The notes under the pieces were generated by a model. It saw only the letters and a list, made by a program, of their open reading frames with translations. It did not search any database and was not told where the DNA came from. A stretch of 63,295 nt of DNA, counting the filler, from Globobulimina sp. (taxonomy: Eukaryota), in the NCBI GenBank assembly GCA_003354225.1. It is 39 parts of 39 records of this genome, joined end to end, with 100 filler letters (N's around TTAATTAATTAA, not from the genome) between each part and the next. Parts side by side here need not be neighbours in the genome. Positions count along the whole stretch, not along the records: positions 60,148 to 61,671 come from PIVH01015324.1; positions 61,772 to 63,295 come from PIVH01015325.1; 37 more parts are not named here. One strand, 5' to 3'. A program made the position numbers and the translations under genes. Positions within the stretch are counted from its first letter, which is position 1. The number at the start of each line of letters is the position of its first letter. This document shows, piece by piece, positions 60,148-63,295 of this stretch.

Positions 60148-61623
60148 TGCTGCATTCTTTTCTTTTTGCGCTTGTTCAGTATTGGCCATTGGGCTCAATT
60201 CCGCGGCTCCAAACAGATCAGGTGTCATTTGTTTTTGTTTGTGTTTGGATGCTGCGGCAAAATCAATTGTAATAATGTCAGATGGCTGGGATTCATATTG
60301 CTTATCATTTGTGCATAATAATGTTGTTATTCTAAATGAAGCCGGAATACGTGTTGTTGGCAGTGCCAATGGTAAATTGTGAATAATCTCACGTGTTGTG
60401 GTGCCGCCAGAATTCAAATATGTTACACTATATTTGATATCACATTCAATACAGCTCATATTTGCCAGCACATTTAAATACGATGGATAGTCCCAATAGA
60501 TAGTAACGACATTTTTATTGCTCAAGATTGCTTTGACAGTATCTATTGATATTGTTTTAGGAATTATTTCTGTCTCTGCTGCAGATGCACAATCATCAAT
60601 GGCGGGCAATATACATTCAATGGTGTTTGAGCAGATGGCAGTGGTTGCAATTGGATTTTCCCTCTTTGTGTAAACAGCGAAGGAATGAGCTGTATTGGTA
60701 TTTTCATTTTGAAAATCATTGTCTTCGTTGATAAAATCTATCAGATCAATGCTAGCTGTGTAACATATCACATTTTTTCCTATTTTAATTGCTGTCAATA
60801 CGGATGCATCACTATCTGTATTCGAGCATTCGTAAATATAATACATGCTCTCTGTGGATGGTGGTTCGCTCAAAGTCATGCTAATTTTGATTAATTCATC
60901 ATCAAATAATTCATCTTCCACTGCAGCTCGCACAATGGACTCAATCTGTATATAACAAGAGGGAGCCTTTTCATTCTCCAATATTTCAATGCAATGTGAA
61001 TGTGATGCTGATTCATGAACATTCGCAATTGACATCAAGTCACCATGTTTGGCAGTGTATAATTCGGAATCAACACTCATCTCCAAAGTATTGGCCGTTA
61101 TGCTATAATTCTTTCGACAGTGTATAGTTGTATTTGCTATGTATTTGACTGAATTACAATTATTTATCTCCAACAATGAAGCTATAACTTTGCTGGATTT
61201 AATTTCAACATTGCGAATATTAAAAAGTCTGCAGATTCCATTTGATTGTATTGCACAGTGAGTGATAGTGACACAATCAGGTTTTATCAACACTCGCGCT
61301 TCATTTATTTTGCAGTTAACGTTATTATTATCATTCGGTTTAATTATTATTTGTTTTTGATTGTACCATACAATCGATTTTAATGTAACATAAAATAACC
61401 TGTAATTTCGGATAAACAATTTATGTGAGGCAAATTCAATCAATTCGTTTGCTTTTAAATAAAAAATATCCGATTCCATACAACCACAAATATCGCATTT
61501 ATCAGCAGTCATTGTAAGGTTACGGACTTTAATGGATGCTGTGCCTGATACATTTATTTTGCCTTTAACATCAAATACACATTCGTATGCCACTAATGAC
61601 ACAGACTTTATATCATCCATCAA
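60148..61623 (-). CDS. Hypothetical protein with beta-rich region and FN3-like domain
   Basis: About 490 open codons; VTIYWDYP...IKYSVTY...FRIT...ESQPSD resembles FN3. Confidence 0.6.
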
Positions 61624-61771
61624 AACTTGACTATTATTACCTTGTAGTCCTAGTCCTAAATACGATTGAATNNNNNNNNNNNNNNNNNNNNNNNNNNNNN
61701 NNNNNNNNNNNNNNNTTAATTAATTAANNNNNNNNNNNNNNNNNNNNNNNNNNNNNNNNNNNNNNNNNNNN

Positions 61772-62291
61772 TTTTTGTACTTTGCATTTTCATAATAATG
61801 TCGCCATAAAGGTCTGATCTTGTCTTGACCGCCGACATCAAATACTGTAAATTTTAAGCCTGTTAAAATGTATTTGTTAATTATAAACAAGATAATATTT
61901 GATTATTAACAAAATTAAATAACTTTTATATTCTAATGTTTCAACATTAAATCCGATGGTTGGGATAGTAGTGACAATTTCACCTAATTTTAATCTTGAG
62001 CAATATGACAAAGATAGATAAAAAAATGGGAATTACAAGAAATAGAATGAAAGTATTATATAAAATAACTTGTAGAGTATGGTGGTCTTTCCGGCTGCAT
62101 CCAGACTATTATTTAATTACCAAATTGTTTAGTATTGTTAGAATTTGATGAATAGAAACTAAACCCAATCATAAGTACGCCGGCTTCTTGCTTTCCGAAT
62201 AAAGCATCAATCACTCTATGTACAATTTATGTGGTTTACTGATTCTATTCATTTCCAAGAGAATCACATACTGTGTAAACACAATACCCAT
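61772..62291 (-). CDS. ARF: ADP-ribosylation factor GTPase, at least 5 short exons, 3'-truncated
   Basis: Manual splicing gives [85 protein letters not shown]. Not in the ORF track. Confidence 0.95.
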
Positions 62292-62369
62292 TATTCTTTA
62301 ATTTGTGGAAAAGTAGCTGACAAAAAAAAAGAGACAAAAAAACTTGAAAATCAACTTTGAAAAAACATT

Positions 62370-63295
62370 ATGAAACAGAAGTTAGATGTTCCCAATCAGA
62401 AAATAAGTGATTGGCTTGTATTCAGCATCACATTCTCATCATTTTTTATCAGTGCATGGATTTTCTTTTACAGGTAAATTATCTGTTTATTTATGAACAC
62501 AATCAAACTCAATCAATTCGCATAAATTTTGTGCTATCCAAAACCAAAACAGTTTCTTATTCCGAAATTACGAAGTACATTATAAAACTATTCAATGTTT
62601 ATTTAGTTTTTTATTGTCAATATCTTGTTCAATGTACCAAATCATAATATTTGAAATATTGGATATCTTTGAATCTCACACAAGATATTTAATTATGACA
62701 TGTTCATTATACATATTAATAATACTTTTATTATTCATTGTTCCCTTTTATTGGTTTTATTTCGTAATATCAGCAGCAAATACGACCCACCATTTCAGGT
62801 CAAGTAGTATTTTATACATTGTCAATATCAAAATAAATTAAAATAAAAAAATACAGAGTCATTCCAATCAGTATTATATGTTTGTTATTATTATTATTTG
62901 CTTTCTTTCATTTCATTAAATCAACTGATCATAATAATAATGGCAAACTATATTCAATTGAAGCAGCAACCGCACGTTTTGGAGATATTGGCGTCACATT
63001 AATGGCTTTTTTATCTGGCTTTGGTGCTGTAACCTGTCCCTATCGATGGTTGGAATACTTTTTACAAAACGTGGATGATGAAACAATTCTGAATTTAGAA
63101 GGAAGAGTCATTCAATGCATGGAGCGAATTATCACTATTAAAAAAAGGATGTTATTACTAAATCAAAGAATAAGTTATCACCAAGAACTGCACAGTGAAC
63201 AATCATTTTTCATGAAAACAGTAACGTTTCTACCAAAATTAATCAGTACAAAGTTTGACGAAACAGGTGCTGATAAACGAGAAATAAAGGAATTA
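62370..63295 (+). CDS. GPR89: Golgi pH regulator / GPR89 (GTG) family protein, 2 introns, 3'-truncated
   Basis: WIFFY|SFLFRNYEV...SCSMYQIIIFEIL...VPFY and IGVTLMAFLSGFGAVTCPY. Confidence 0.9.

Noticed and set aside
1-63295. A gene cluster linking the RelA-like gene, PARG, Dicer and retroelements
   Set aside because: They lie on separate contigs ordered only by length; there is no linkage evidence.
1-63295. Alternative genetic code
   Set aside because: Conserved genes (dyneins, kinesin, G6PD, ALG1) read through in the standard code once short GT-AG introns are removed.

Overview
This window is not one locus. It is 39 short contigs (1527 bp falling to 1524 bp, so size-sorted) joined by an artificial spacer, N44-TTAATTAATTAA-N44, so adjacency across spacers means nothing. 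The DNA is AT-rich, gene-dense and eukaryotic, uses the standard code, and has mostly 50-80 nt GT-AG introns. The style suggests a protist, probably a foraminiferan or other rhizarian (inference), perhaps mixed with other genomes. Recognisable genes, mostly partial: ALG1, G6PD, ARF, GPR89, a Rho GTPase, two axonemal dynein heavy chains, kinesin, NDR kinase, CDPK, Dicer, a bacterial-type PARG, a sulfotransferase, MFS and MATH proteins, and Cys-rich surface proteins. Mobile DNA: a Penelope-like element with a minimal hammerhead ribozyme; a second, decayed Penelope-like 5' region next to a palindrome and a 28-32 bp tandem array; a LINE ORF1; a spliced MULE-like gene with a nested hAT MITE; and a CCCH gag-like ORF. 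The best candidates for novelty are an intron-containing RelA/SpoT-like synthetase fused to a SAM domain (plus a second SAM fusion, HSPA12-like/UBA/SAM), the repeat-capped Penelope-like end, and a 35-bp motif shared by two contigs. All domain calls come from motif recognition by eye; no searches were run.
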